NCBI GenBank assembly: GCA_965601565.1
Contig: CBFCWG010000003.1
Coordinates: forward strand, 21,935-85,934
Source: an uncultured bacterium
GTDB lineage: Bacteria; Bacillota_I; Bacilli_A; Izemoplasmatales; Izemoplasmataceae
Direction: 5' to 3'
Length of the DNA: 64,000 bases
The notes below the pieces were generated by a model, which was not told where the DNA came from, ran no database searches, and saw only the letters and a list, made by a program, of their open reading frames with translations. Position numbers and translations under genes: made by a program. Shown in pieces: positions 17,041 to 27,924 of this stretch (positions are counted from its first letter, which is position 1; each line of letters opens with the position of its first letter).

Positions 17041-17094
17041 TATATTAGTTGCTTTTTTTATGAAAAGGAATATAATATTTCTTGGGTGATATAA

Positions 17095-18090
17095 ATGTAT
17101 ACAAAAGAACAAGTAAGAGAACATATTAATGGATTAGTTGATCCATCAAGCAACAAAACATTAGCAGAAACTAATGGTCTTAAACATTTAGATATTGATA
17201 CTGAAAAAAGTATCGTAACTGTAATAATTGGTTTAGACAAAGTTGATGATGAATTTAAAAGACAAATGACAAGAGATTTAGCTAGATTACTAAAATTAGA
17301 TCTTGGCTTTGTTGGAATCAAAACTGAATACCAATTAAATAAATTAGCAACAAGTATTTTAGCTAGAGAAGTAAAATACATTGGTGTAGCTTCAGGAAAA
17401 GGTGGCGTAGGGAAATCTACAGTTACCGCAAACTTAGCTTACGCTTTAAAAACTCTAGGAAAAAAAGTTGGTATAATCGATGCAGATATTTATGGAAGTA
17501 GTATTCCAACTATCCTAGATATGGAAATTACTCCACCAAAAGGAACAAAAGATGAAAAAATTATCCCTTACAATGTAGATGATATTGAATTAATCTCAAC
17601 AGAGTTTTTCTTAACTCCAGATAAGCCACTTATGTGGCGTGGTCCTATGCTAGGAAAAATGTTAAATCACTTCTTCTATGATGTAGTATGGAATGACGAT
17701 ATTGAATATATTTTAGTTGACCTTCCACCAGGTACTGGTGATGTTGCATTGGATATTCAAAAATTAATCCCTAATTGTAAAATGATCATCGTAACTACTC
17801 CACATCCAAGTGCATCTCACATTGCTGTTAAAGCTGGATTTGCAGCTGAGCAATTAGAACATGAACTTCTTGGAGTTGTTGAAAATATGAGTTACCTATC
17901 TCATAAAGGTGATGACTTAAAAATATTTGGTGAAGGTGGCGGAAAAATCGTTGCTGACAAACTAAAAACTAAAGTATTATCTAGTATTCCTATTGGACAA
18001 CCAGAAAACCACTTAAGTATCTTTAGTCCTAACGAGGAAATCGGTGTTGATTACTTAGGACTAGCTAACAAAATATTAAAAGAATATTAA
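17095..18090 (+). CDS. Mrp/NBP35 family ATPase (SalA-like)
   Basis: SGKGGVGKST, DADIYG, WRGPM, DLPPGTGD, VENMS. Confidence 0.9.
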   Translation: MYTKEQVREHINGLVDPSSNKTLAETNGLKHLDIDTEKSIVTVIIGLDKVDDEFKRQMTRDLARLLKLDLGFVGIKTEYQLNKLATSILAREVKYIGVASGKGGVGKSTVTANLAYALKTLGKKVGIIDADIYGSSIPTILDMEITPPKGTKDEKIIPYNVDDIELISTEFFLTPDKPLMWRGPMLGKMLNHFFYDVVWNDDIEYILVDLPPGTGDVALDIQKLIPNCKMIIVTTPHPSASHIAVKAGFAAEQLEHELLGVVENMSYLSHKGDDLKIFGEGGGKIVADKLKTKVLSSIPIGQPENHLSIFSPNEEIGVDYLGLANKILKEY

Positions 18091-18125
18091 AAAAAGAGCC
18101 TATCCGTTAACGGAAAGGCTCTTTT
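18091..18125. terminator. Bidirectional terminator
   Basis: aaaaagagcct-atccgttaacgga-aaggctctttt between convergent genes. Confidence 0.75.
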
Positions 18126-19500
18126 CTATTTTAACTTTCTTACTTAATATTTTCATTTCAATGAAGAATAATGATAAACTTAACAATCCCGCAGTCATAT
18201 CAGCAATTATAAATGTATACCATATTCCATCTATTCCATAAACTTCCGTCATGAAGTAAACAATAGGAATAAAGAACAAGAACTGTCTAGACAGAGAAAC
18301 AAAGAACGCTCTAAATGCATACCCTAAAGCTTGATACACAGATCCCATTAAAACTTGGAAAGTAATTAAAATAAATCCCATACTCATCAATCTAAGTGCT
18401 TTTGATCCATAATCTATAAAGAATCCTGTTGATTCTTTACTAAAGATTCTAAATAGTAAAGGTGCACCTAACTGAATTATGATAAATGCTACCGTAAAAT
18501 ATACTAGTAAGAATATAGTCGCATCTAATATAGCCTCACGTAATCTTGAGAACTTTCTAGCACCATAATTAAATCCCACTATTGGGGATAATCCTTGAAC
18601 AACCCCAAACGCTGGCATAAACAAGAATGCTATGAGTCGGTTAATTACCCCATAAATGGATATATATATAGCGGGATCTCCCGTAACATTATTATCAATA
18701 AGAACAAATATTATTATGGACAATACTGCACCAATTGCATTTCTAATGAAAGTTGGAAATCCAATAATAATAATATCCCATAAAACTTTGATATCTGAAT
18801 AAAATACATTAACTATATTTATTTCCAAAACTGATTCAGGTCTAAAACTCATATACAACATAAAGCTAAAGCCCATAAACTGTGAAATAACAGTTGCTAT
18901 TGCAGCACCTTTTACGCCCAGACCAAATCCCCAATCATAAATAAATATCGGGTCTAAAATAATATTCATACCTGCACCAATAACCATTCCAATCATGGCT
19001 ATATTTGCTCGTCCTTCTGCTCTTGCAAAATTATTAAACACCATTGATAGAGTTAGCGGTACTAACCCTAGCAATATTATTGATAAATAATCTTTTGCAT
19101 ATCCTATATTAGATTCAGATGCTCTAAAAAACATCAACATCTCATCTAGGTTCAAGTACACAAAGACAGACACAATAAGTGCTAAAACAATATCTATTCT
19201 AATAGCAGTATTTATTGTTAATTTCATTCTAAGTTTATCTCCAGCGCCATATGCTCTAGAGAAAACACTTGCTCCACCGATACCAATCATTAATCCAATT
19301 GCATATAAGATTAATTGTACTGGAAAGGCAAACGCTAATGCACCAATTGCAATTTCTCCTGCACCTTGTGCAACAAAAATTGTATCAACTAAATTATAAA
19401 GTGCATTCACACCCATACCAATCATTGCTGGTATACTTAATTGAACCAATAATTTTCTAACATTATAATTTCCTAATAATTCACCATTTCTTGTATTCAT
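18100..19500 (-). CDS. MATE family efflux transporter
   Basis: 12 TM pattern; LSIPAMIG, LYNLVDTIFV, NIILDPIFI. Confidence 0.92.
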   Translation of the reverse strand: MNTRNGELLGNYNVRKLLVQLSIPAMIGMGVNALYNLVDTIFVAQGAGEIAIGALAFAFPVQLILYAIGLMIGIGGASVFSRAYGAGDKLRMKLTINTAIRIDIVLALIVSVFVYLNLDEMLMFFRASESNIGYAKDYLSIILLGLVPLTLSMVFNNFARAEGRANIAMIGMVIGAGMNIILDPIFIYDWGFGLGVKGAAIATVISQFMGFSFMLYMSFRPESVLEINIVNVFYSDIKVLWDIIIIGFPTFIRNAIGAVLSIIIFVLIDNNVTGDPAIYISIYGVINRLIAFLFMPAFGVVQGLSPIVGFNYGARKFSRLREAILDATIFLLVYFTVAFIIIQLGAPLLFRIFSKESTGFFIDYGSKALRLMSMGFILITFQVLMGSVYQALGYAFRAFFVSLSRQFLFFIPIVYFMTEVYGIDGIWYTFIIADMTAGLLSLSLFFIEMKILSKKVKIEKSLSVNG

Positions 19501-19560
19501 ACTAGCACTCCATTCTCTAGTATTTTATAAGAAATCTCTCCTATGCGCAAGACAAAAAGA

Positions 19561-20826
19561 TTAATAGAGTATCTTTCTAACCTTGTTTAATTCTTTTTGA
19601 TGTTTTTTGTAATACTGCATTGCTTCTTTATATCGTGAACTATCTACACAGATACTCATAACATTATCAATATACTTACTTAAATAATCAAAATCCTCAA
19701 TTTTTATTGAAAAAGGTATTGCAATATCTCTCAAATATTCTTTCTTATCATTTCCAGATTCTTGAATTAAAAAGTGATAATATACTTTACTTCGCATTTC
19801 TGATTTTTTAGGTTTATATCTTGCTACAATTTCTTTAATTGATTTTATCATATCGTAATCTTCTTCCTCTAAGCATATTCTTAGCAATAGAGTCATCTTT
19901 CTTAGGTAGTATTTAGAATGCTCTTTAATATGTTTAAGCGCTAACGTTGCTTCATTGTTTTTATTAAGTTTGAACATAGCCTCAGCTTTTGTTATATATA
20001 ATAATCCTTTTGTACTTTCTGTAAGTTCACTTGATTTAATTGTACTTAATATTTTCAATGTTTTTCGTGGATTTTCGTTAACTAAGTTAGCTGCTTTGTT
20101 TAAGGCTAGGTAAATAACCCTTTTAACATTGTGATACTTCTGATATATCGCCATTGCGTTATAATAATCTTCTGTTGAACAGTTTTTGATCAACAGTCTT
20201 TGTTTTACATAGAATGATATCTCATAAAACATCGCATCTAACATATTATTATTAGAACTTATTTTACTGTTTAGGACAATCAACTCTAATGCAGTCTTAT
20301 ATCTCTCATTTTGAATAAAGTATATACAGGCAAAATATAAATATACTTTCATTTCATATGTACTCATATTTGTGACTAGGTTTTCTAACATCATCACATA
20401 CTGATTTTCATCATCCTTACTAAAGTAGACATTATAGCCTAACTTACATAAGTTAATGATTAAATTATGTTCAACACCTTCAATCTCATCATAGATATTA
20501 CTTAAAGCATCATCATCCATATAAAAGAATGCCTTAATAGTTTTTTCGATATACTCCTTATCCTTCAAACTCTTTGTATAGATATCACGATCAACGTTTA
20601 ATTTATCCATTATTTCTCGTACATAAAAATCATTGGGTACAATCTGATTGTTTTCAATTTTTGATAAGTAACTTATACTACATATCCCTGTAGATATTTC
20701 ATCTTGAGTTACATTCAACTCTTTTCTCTTCTTCTTAATAAAACTACCAATATCAGTAAAATCAGTTTTATATTTTTCAATCTCAACTCTTTTGTTAATT
20801 CTGTTCTTCAAGCTTTCTATACTCAA
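19561..20826 (-). CDS. XRE-HTH regulator with helical (TPR-like) C-terminus, Rgg/RRNPP-like
   Basis: IKKKRKELNVTQDEISTGICSISYLSKIENN HTH followed by about 350 aa of helical repeat-like sequence. Confidence 0.75.
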   Translation of the reverse strand: MSIESLKNRINKRVEIEKYKTDFTDIGSFIKKKRKELNVTQDEISTGICSISYLSKIENNQIVPNDFYVREIMDKLNVDRDIYTKSLKDKEYIEKTIKAFFYMDDDALSNIYDEIEGVEHNLIINLCKLGYNVYFSKDDENQYVMMLENLVTNMSTYEMKVYLYFACIYFIQNERYKTALELIVLNSKISSNNNMLDAMFYEISFYVKQRLLIKNCSTEDYYNAMAIYQKYHNVKRVIYLALNKAANLVNENPRKTLKILSTIKSSELTESTKGLLYITKAEAMFKLNKNNEATLALKHIKEHSKYYLRKMTLLLRICLEEEDYDMIKSIKEIVARYKPKKSEMRSKVYYHFLIQESGNDKKEYLRDIAIPFSIKIEDFDYLSKYIDNVMSICVDSSRYKEAMQYYKKHQKELNKVRKILY

Positions 20827-20924
20827 AATCCTACACCAACCTTTCTACAAGTATTCTATAAGATTTTGATAAACATTTTTCTAGATATAGGTTGAAAAAA
20901 TCGATTCAAAGCTACACTTGATAT

Positions 20925-20960
20925 AAAAACAGCACATCCGGCTCTGGATGTGCTGTTTTT
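20925..20960. terminator. Intrinsic terminator after the BMP lipoprotein gene
   Basis: aaaaacagcacatcc-ggctct-ggatgtgctgttttt perfect stem. Confidence 0.8.
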
Positions 20961-21017
20961 ATTATATTATTTATAATTTTTATGTTTTGTAACAATTTAA
21001 TAATGACAAATTCGTCA

Positions 21018-22721
21018 CTATTCTTCATACTTCACAATCACATTGACATATGAATCATCAAAAACTGTAATCTCTAATTCCTCATCAACAGTATATGTAA
21101 TATCTCCTGATTTAAACCCATTCATGAGTACTAAATAATCTGAGTGAGTAAAGTTTGTCATTCTTGATAAATCAGAACTTATTGCCACACCTTGATTTGC
21201 GATTTCAGCAAATAAAGCCTGTCCTCCATTCCAGTTACCAATGAAGTTTTGAGTTAAATATTTCTCAGCTAAAAAGCCATAGTTTCTAAATACAGAAGTT
21301 AAAATCACATCACTAGTATCAAATATATCTGAGTCTGCATTTATGACTAAACCATCAGTAGCTTCTGCAGCTTCAATTAATGCTTCATCTAATGCAACTG
21401 TGAAGATTACCTCTGTCCCACTTTCATACCACTCTTTCGCCTTGTTAACTACTCCATAATCGTAAATAAAAGCATTTGCATAATGATATTTAATAACTAC
21501 ATCTATTCCTAGTTCTTCAGCGGCATACTGTGCCCCTGCAATAAATCCATACCCTTGTAATCTAATTGGTGGAATATCCATTGCACCGATAAATCCTAAA
21601 TCTACATGACCATTTTTAACAGCTAAATACCCAGCTAGGAATCCCACATCTGAAAAATTCATTTCAGCAGCAATAGTATTTGCGCCTGCCCCTTCATATA
21701 GTAGTTCACCATCTATTGTATCTTCCTCATTGCCTTGCCAATCACTATTAGAAGGAATTCCATCTAAGAAGATTAACTTAACATTAGGATAATTTTTTTG
21801 TGTAAGATATGCAACATTTACAAATGGCCATCCAACAATAACTATTGTGTTTGCCCCATCTTCAATTGCGCGATCAATTAGTTCCATACTTTCAGTAACA
21901 TCAAATGATAAAGATTTTAATAGTGTAAGTTCAGTATCTTCATCATAATTAGCTATATAACTATTTATTCCATCAAGTACTAGTTCATTTGATGGTTGAT
22001 CAATAGTAAGTTCAGGTTCATTTAATAGTAAAGCTATATGAACATTAGGTAATTCCCATTTAGCGAATAAATCAACAGGCTGATCCAACATTGTGAATTC
22101 ACCTTCAGTATATACATGTGAACCTAACATCCACCCTAAGAAGTTATAACCATCTTTTTCAGGTGTTGGTAAATCTACTATTTCACCTTCATATGCCTCT
22201 AACTCAGAGTATACATTTAAACCATCATGCAATAATAACTGGTTCAGTTGTAACCATTCTGCATAAACAACTGTATCAATAGTTATTGATGTTTCCTCAA
22301 ATTTATTTATAAAAGATTCCTCAGTAAACCAACCATTAAAAACGTATCCATCTTTTTCAGGTGTTGGTAAAGTAAACTCCTCATCAGCTTCTAAATCAGT
22401 TATCTCAGTTGAATCTTCACCATCATTAAATGTAATTGTAAATACCTCAATCCATTTAGCATATAATGTAAATCCTTTTGATTGATACATCTCATCTTTA
22501 GCCATTGTATCAACACTATTAACTAAATCTTCAGTAACATACCATCCATCAAACAAATATCCTTCTCTTATTGGTGGTTCAGGTAAAGTTAAATCATTGT
22601 TATCTTCAACTGTAATACTTTTAATTTCATTTCCACCATTTGATTCAAATGAAACAGTAAAACTTCGCGTACAACCAGTTAGAAGTACTAAAAGAACTAA
22701 ACTAATGAATATTTTTTTCAT
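21018..22721 (-). CDS. BMP family substrate-binding lipoprotein with 3 InlB B-type (Listeria-Bacteroides) repeats
   Basis: Lipobox LLTGC, P.(R/K)(E/D)GY.F.GW repeats x3, BMP domain (GFLAGYLA, GFIGAMDIPPI). Confidence 0.8.
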   Translation of the reverse strand: MKKIFISLVLLVLLTGCTRSFTVSFESNGGNEIKSITVEDNNDLTLPEPPIREGYLFDGWYVTEDLVNSVDTMAKDEMYQSKGFTLYAKWIEVFTITFNDGEDSTEITDLEADEEFTLPTPEKDGYVFNGWFTEESFINKFEETSITIDTVVYAEWLQLNQLLLHDGLNVYSELEAYEGEIVDLPTPEKDGYNFLGWMLGSHVYTEGEFTMLDQPVDLFAKWELPNVHIALLLNEPELTIDQPSNELVLDGINSYIANYDEDTELTLLKSLSFDVTESMELIDRAIEDGANTIVIVGWPFVNVAYLTQKNYPNVKLIFLDGIPSNSDWQGNEEDTIDGELLYEGAGANTIAAEMNFSDVGFLAGYLAVKNGHVDLGFIGAMDIPPIRLQGYGFIAGAQYAAEELGIDVVIKYHYANAFIYDYGVVNKAKEWYESGTEVIFTVALDEALIEAAEATDGLVINADSDIFDTSDVILTSVFRNYGFLAEKYLTQNFIGNWNGGQALFAEIANQGVAISSDLSRMTNFTHSDYLVLMNGFKSGDITYTVDEELEITVFDDSYVNVIVKYEE

Positions 22722-22784
22722 TTCTTTCCCTCCTTATTTCCACTAACAATTATACCATATTTAGATAAAAAAAAGACAAGTTGT

Positions 22785-23417
22785 TTACCTTGTGTGAATA
22801 TTTGGATAACGACATATTTCTTTAAGTTTACAATCAGTACATTTAGGATTTCTAGCGGTACAATGATATCTTCCAAAAAAAATCATTTTGTGATGGGTAT
22901 CAGACCATTTGTTTTTAGGTATTTTTCTCATTAATTTCTCTTCTACTTGTCTTACACTGTCTTTACTAAAAGCTAGTTTAAGTCTTTTACTAACACGTTC
23001 AACATGGGTATCTACTGCGATTCTCGGTACGTTATACCAAACACTCAATACAACATTGGCTGTTTTACGACCAACACCTGGCAAACTTTCTAACTTCTCT
23101 TGTGAACTTGGTACTTGTGAATCAAATTCATCTATAAGTTTTTTTGACATAGCCTGTAGGTTTTTGGCCTTATTTTTATATAAGCCAATTCTTCGTAAAT
23201 CATTTTGTAGGTCTTCGATATCCGCATTCATAAAGTCATTTGGACTTTGATACTTTCTAAATAAAGAATCAGTTAAAATATTAACTGATTTATCTGTTGT
23301 TTGTGCGCTGAGCATAACGGCTACTAAAAGCTCAAAACCATTTGTATGGTTTAGTTCACATTCAGCATTGGGAAACATTTCATGTAAAACATCTAAGATG
23401 TAGCTTACTCTGTCCAT
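22785..23417 (-). CDS. nth: Endonuclease III
   Basis: LSAQTTD, HhH LPGVGRKTANVVL, VDTHV, C-x6-C-x2-C-x5-C 4Fe-4S motif. Confidence 0.97.
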   Translation of the reverse strand: MDRVSYILDVLHEMFPNAECELNHTNGFELLVAVMLSAQTTDKSVNILTDSLFRKYQSPNDFMNADIEDLQNDLRRIGLYKNKAKNLQAMSKKLIDEFDSQVPSSQEKLESLPGVGRKTANVVLSVWYNVPRIAVDTHVERVSKRLKLAFSKDSVRQVEEKLMRKIPKNKWSDTHHKMIFFGRYHCTARNPKCTDCKLKEICRYPNIHTR

Positions 23418-24043
23418 ATTTTTTTAAGATCCTTTATCAATGTTGTTTGATTATATTTCTTTTCTGGTACTTCAGTTTCTTTGTTCAGTAATATACGATC
23501 AACATAACGTGTTGTAAGTTTACGTGCTTTTGAAGCTTCAAACAATGCATTTTTTATTTCTTCATATGTATACTTGTCTTCAGTTAACCATTTAGTTATT
23601 GTTTGGATGTCTAATACACTTAATGGTTTACGGAACTCTGTTTCAAATAAGTTAACCAATCTAGATTCAACGTTTCTATTTTGATCACTTGTCTCCATGA
23701 TTTTCTCTTCGAAATCAGCTTTAACAATTTTTTCGATGACAAAATCTAAGTTGAAACTTTCTGTTTCTTTTCCGTTCCCATTCTTGATAAGTTCCATTTT
23801 TACAAAACCTTTTTCAAGCAGGTTATTTAATCTCTTCTGAGTTGTAACTGATGAGATGGATAACATTTCTGAAAGTCTTTTTGGATGGATAAAGGTAATT
23901 TGTCTACTTAATAGGTAATTTAGTTTAATAATTATTACGGCATCTGTTTCATCTAAACCGATTTTGTAATAGTTGTTTAAAACTAACTCTGAAAAGTCGA
24001 CTATGTTCTTTTGTATTAATGATTTCATGTCTTTAATATCCAT
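23405..24043 (-). CDS. dnaD: DnaD/DnaB domain replication protein
   Basis: FETEFRKPLSVLD.Q.I..W, YVDRIL; dnaD-nth synteny as in Bacilli. Confidence 0.85.
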   Translation of the reverse strand: MDIKDMKSLIQKNIVDFSELVLNNYYKIGLDETDAVIIIKLNYLLSRQITFIHPKRLSEMLSISSVTTQKRLNNLLEKGFVKMELIKNGNGKETESFNLDFVIEKIVKADFEEKIMETSDQNRNVESRLVNLFETEFRKPLSVLDIQTITKWLTEDKYTYEEIKNALFEASKARKLTTRYVDRILLNKETEVPEKKYNQTTLIKDLKKIWTE

Positions 24044-24115
24044 TTTCTCACCTCGCTTGGACTTTAATTATATCACAAGAAATTCAAAAAAAAAGACTAT
24101 TTTTCAATAATCTTT

Positions 24116-24796
24116 TTAGAATTTCATTGACCTAATTGCGAGCTTTTTTAAAGCCATTTCAGCTGCATTTTGTTCAGCTTCTTTTTTTGTTCTTCCTTTA
24201 CCTTCTCCCATTAAAATCTGGTCCATATACACACGGGTTACAAATGTCTTATTGTGTGAAGGCCCTATCTCGTCCACGATACGGTATTCAAGTGATCTTT
24301 TGTCTGATTGCACAAGTTCTTGTAAATATGATTTGTAGTCAACGAAGTTATCATCTCTTTCTTCTTCAACTAAAGGAATTACTACCTTATCAAATATTTT
24401 ATAACATTCAGCCAGTCCTTTATCCATATAAACAGCACCAATAAGGGCTTCAAATGCATCAGCTTGTAAAGCAGTGCGATTTCGACCACCACTTTTTTCT
24501 TCACCTTTACCAAGTAATAAATATTTATTTAGTTCACAAACCTTGGCATATTCCACTAAAGCACTCTCACAAACATTCTTTGCTCTTGTTTTAGTGAGGT
24601 TCCCCTCGTTAAACTCGGGATACTTATCATAGAGGTATTTTCCCATCATTACATCTAAAACAGCATCTCCAATAAACTCTAAACGTTCATTAGATTCAAC
24701 ATGATGTTCATTGGCATAACTTGAATGAGTTAATGCTGTTTTTAGTAATTGCTGGTTGGCAAATGATAAATCAAAATACTTCTCTAATTTTTCCAC
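24116..24796 (-). CDS. rnc: Ribonuclease III
   Basis: NERLEFIGDAVL signature, dsRBD with EAEQNAA; TTG/GTG-type start per ORF track. Confidence 0.97.
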   Translation of the reverse strand: MEKLEKYFDLSFANQQLLKTALTHSSYANEHHVESNERLEFIGDAVLDVMMGKYLYDKYPEFNEGNLTKTRAKNVCESALVEYAKVCELNKYLLLGKGEEKSGGRNRTALQADAFEALIGAVYMDKGLAECYKIFDKVVIPLVEEERDDNFVDYKSYLQELVQSDKRSLEYRIVDEIGPSHNKTFVTRVYMDQILMGEGKGRTKKEAEQNAAEMALKKLAIRSMKF

Positions 24797-25804
24797 TTAT
24801 TCCACCATGCTTTCAATAACGTTCTTAACTTTGTTTACAACATCGTTTCGAACGATTAATGCTGCTTGACGAATACCATTGTACAATCCAACACTTTTTG
24901 ATGATCCTTGAGCTTTTACAACAACACCTCGCAAACCATAGATCATTGCTCCACCAATTTCATCAGCTGCCATTTTCTTTTTGAATCGTTTTAAGTTACC
25001 AACTGATAGTAACATACCTAGTTTACCAATGATTCCTTGTTTTAGTTCATTTTTCAACATCTTACCCATACCTTTAGCAGTACCTTCAACAGTTTTCATT
25101 ACTATATTCGCTGTAAAACCATCACTTATTAAAATATCACAAGGAGGATCTAATACTTCTTTAGGTTCAACGTTACCATAAAAATCTAGTATAGGATCAT
25201 TTGTGAATAATTCAAAAACATCTTTATCTAGTTGACGTCCTTTACCTGGTTCTGTACCAATATTTATTAATCCAATTTTTGGATTCTTAACGTTTAAGAT
25301 TTCTTTTGCATATATATGGGCAAAGTAAGCTTGTTGTAACATATATTCTGGCTTGATTTCAATATTCCCACCAGCATCTAATAATATAGTACTTTTACCA
25401 TGAATGTTTGGAATTAATGGTGCAATTGCTGTTCTTTTCATAGCTTTCATTCGACCAACTAAAATATGAGCACCAGCAATTAATGCCTGTGTTGCTCCAC
25501 TACTTACGATAGCATCATTTTCTTTGTTTCTAACACTGCTTAAAGCAAGTGCCATAGAACTTTTACGATTTCCTCTTATAGCTCTTATCGGGTCTTTTTC
25601 ACCCATGTCAATCGTACCTTCACTTGGTACTATTTTTATTCTTTCTTCATTTGTTAAATATTTCTTTATTTCTGTTTCATCACCATAAAGAGTTATTTCA
25701 ATATCATCAATTTTTTGAATTGCCAACATTGCTCCTTCAATTTGTTCTTTTGGAGCATAATCTCCACCCATAGCGTCTACTGCGATTTTTATCATATTAT
25801 TCAC
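24797..25804 (-). CDS. plsX: Phosphate acyltransferase
   Basis: AVDAMGGDYAP, LLDAGGN, LINIGTEPGKG, DGFTANIVMK. Confidence 0.95.
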   Translation of the reverse strand: MNNMIKIAVDAMGGDYAPKEQIEGAMLAIQKIDDIEITLYGDETEIKKYLTNEERIKIVPSEGTIDMGEKDPIRAIRGNRKSSMALALSSVRNKENDAIVSSGATQALIAGAHILVGRMKAMKRTAIAPLIPNIHGKSTILLDAGGNIEIKPEYMLQQAYFAHIYAKEILNVKNPKIGLINIGTEPGKGRQLDKDVFELFTNDPILDFYGNVEPKEVLDPPCDILISDGFTANIVMKTVEGTAKGMGKMLKNELKQGIIGKLGMLLSVGNLKRFKKKMAADEIGGAMIYGLRGVVVKAQGSSKSVGLYNGIRQAALIVRNDVVNKVKNVIESMVE

Positions 25805-25829
25805 CTCTTGCGTAATTATTATATCATAG

Positions 25830-27842
25830 TTAATCTAAATTAGTATTCTTTAGAACTGTTTTTAAATATTTAAATATCAATGTATATTCTTGTTTATAGT
25901 AGTTATCTTTAATTGTTAGTATTTTTAAAGCATCTTCTTTGGCAATTTCTAGTATATGAACATCTTCTACTATATTTGCTTTACTAAATTTTAAGTCACC
26001 ACTTTGACGATATCCAAAGAAATCTCCCGGTCCTCTCAAACGTAAATCTTCTTCACTCAATAAGAATCCATCATCTGTTTTTTCCATTATTTCAAGTCGC
26101 TCTTTTACTTCTTCATTACTTGAATGAATAAGTAAACAATAACTTTTCAGATGACTTCTTCCAATTCTTCCACGAAGTTGATGAAGTTGACTTAATCCAA
26201 AACGATCACTATCCATAACAACCATCAAAGTTGCGTTAGGATTATCTACTCCAACTTCAATAACAGTTGTTGAAACCAAGATGTTGATCTTATTTTCTTG
26301 GAACATTGCCATTACTGCTTCTTTATCTTCTTGTTTTATTTTAGAATGCATTAACCCTACACTGTATTCTTTAAACCTTTTTTGTAAGATACTAAATACT
26401 TTTTGGGCATTTGATAAATCCATTTTTTCACTTTCGAGTATCAGTGGTGTAACCACATATACTTGATGGTTCAATCTTAATTGCTCATCAATTAGTAAAT
26501 ATACTAAATCCATTTCATCTTTACTAAACAATTTTGTATCAACTTTTTTTCTACTCGCTGGTTTTTCTTTGATTGTTGATATATCCATATCTCCAAACAA
26601 ACTAATAGCCAGTGTTCTTGGGATTGGTGTTGCGCTCATATATAGAATGTCAGGATTAAATCCTTTTTCTCGTAGTTTTTGACGTTGATTTACCCCAAAA
26701 CGATGTTGTTCATCAGTGATAACATATCCTAAGTTATTATAGATTACATCATTACTAAATAAGGCATGAGTCCCGATAATAATACATCCAGGATTGTTTT
26801 TTATTATTTCCAAACGTTCTTTTCTTTGGTCTCGAGATATTTTCCCTGATAAAAATACTATTTCATATGGTAAATCTATATATAATTTACTAAATGTTTT
26901 ATAATGTTGTCTTGCAAGTATTTCTGTTGGTGCCATTAATGCAACTTGGAAACCAGAGTTTAAAACAGCTAAGATTGTAATTGCAGCAACAACTGTTTTA
27001 CCACTACCAGTGTCTCCTTGTAATAACCGATTCATTACATATGGTGATTTTATATCTTTTATTATTTCATTAGTTACTTTCTTTTGATCATTAGTTAGTT
27101 CAAAAGGAAGTGTTTTTATAAAATCTCTAATGAAGTTAATATCATATTTTTTTACTAGTGATTTTTTTGATTTGTTTTTCAGTCTTGTATACTGCATTTT
27201 GAATTGAAACTTAAATAACTCTTCATATTTTATTCTTCTTGTTATTTTGTCAAGGTCTTTCATTGTCACAGGATTGTGAACAATCCTTAGCAGTTCACTA
27301 TATTTGATTAGTTTATACTTCTTAATTAAATCTATTGGTAAATCATCTTTGATTAAATTGCCGTATTCTTGAATCGCTAGTTTAACTAATTTATTAAATT
27401 GAGTATCACTTACTCCATCTATATTATATATAGATTCAATTTCATTTTTAAAATTACGTTTTAATTTAAGCGTAGTTGCTGTAAATGTGTTTTTTACTCG
27501 ATCAATCGTTCCAGTTAATACAATATCTTCACCAATATCTAATATACTTCTCAAATATTCACGATTAAATATCGCTACAGTGAATGTACGTCCTTCTATA
27601 ACAACTTTAAATGTTAGTCTTGTGAAATTCTTCCTTATATAAGCGATAACCGCCTGAGAAGAAACTTTGGCTTCAAGAGTTATTCTTACACCATCAGCTG
27701 CATCTTTTAATGTTGTTAAATGGTAGACTTCATAACGTGATGGAAACTTATTTATCATATCAAAACAATCGTAAATATTGTTACGATTTAACTTGTCTTT
27801 TAGTTTTGGTCCAATACCTTTGATTGTTTCTAATCTACTCAT
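25830..27842 (-). CDS. recG: ATP-dependent DNA helicase RecG
   Basis: LQGDTGSGKT, DEQHRFGV, MSATPIPRTL, QLHQLRGRIGR, DLRLRGPG. Confidence 0.97.
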   Translation of the reverse strand: MSRLETIKGIGPKLKDKLNRNNIYDCFDMINKFPSRYEVYHLTTLKDAADGVRITLEAKVSSQAVIAYIRKNFTRLTFKVVIEGRTFTVAIFNREYLRSILDIGEDIVLTGTIDRVKNTFTATTLKLKRNFKNEIESIYNIDGVSDTQFNKLVKLAIQEYGNLIKDDLPIDLIKKYKLIKYSELLRIVHNPVTMKDLDKITRRIKYEELFKFQFKMQYTRLKNKSKKSLVKKYDINFIRDFIKTLPFELTNDQKKVTNEIIKDIKSPYVMNRLLQGDTGSGKTVVAAITILAVLNSGFQVALMAPTEILARQHYKTFSKLYIDLPYEIVFLSGKISRDQRKERLEIIKNNPGCIIIGTHALFSNDVIYNNLGYVITDEQHRFGVNQRQKLREKGFNPDILYMSATPIPRTLAISLFGDMDISTIKEKPASRKKVDTKLFSKDEMDLVYLLIDEQLRLNHQVYVVTPLILESEKMDLSNAQKVFSILQKRFKEYSVGLMHSKIKQEDKEAVMAMFQENKINILVSTTVIEVGVDNPNATLMVVMDSDRFGLSQLHQLRGRIGRSHLKSYCLLIHSSNEEVKERLEIMEKTDDGFLLSEEDLRLRGPGDFFGYRQSGDLKFSKANIVEDVHILEIAKEDALKILTIKDNYYKQEYTLIFKYLKTVLKNTNLD

Positions 27843-27924
27843 ATTGTCACCTCGATAAGTAACTCTACGATAATTATACCATATTTTTGCAAAAAAAAAG
27901 GGTATGAAAATACCCTTTCGTATA

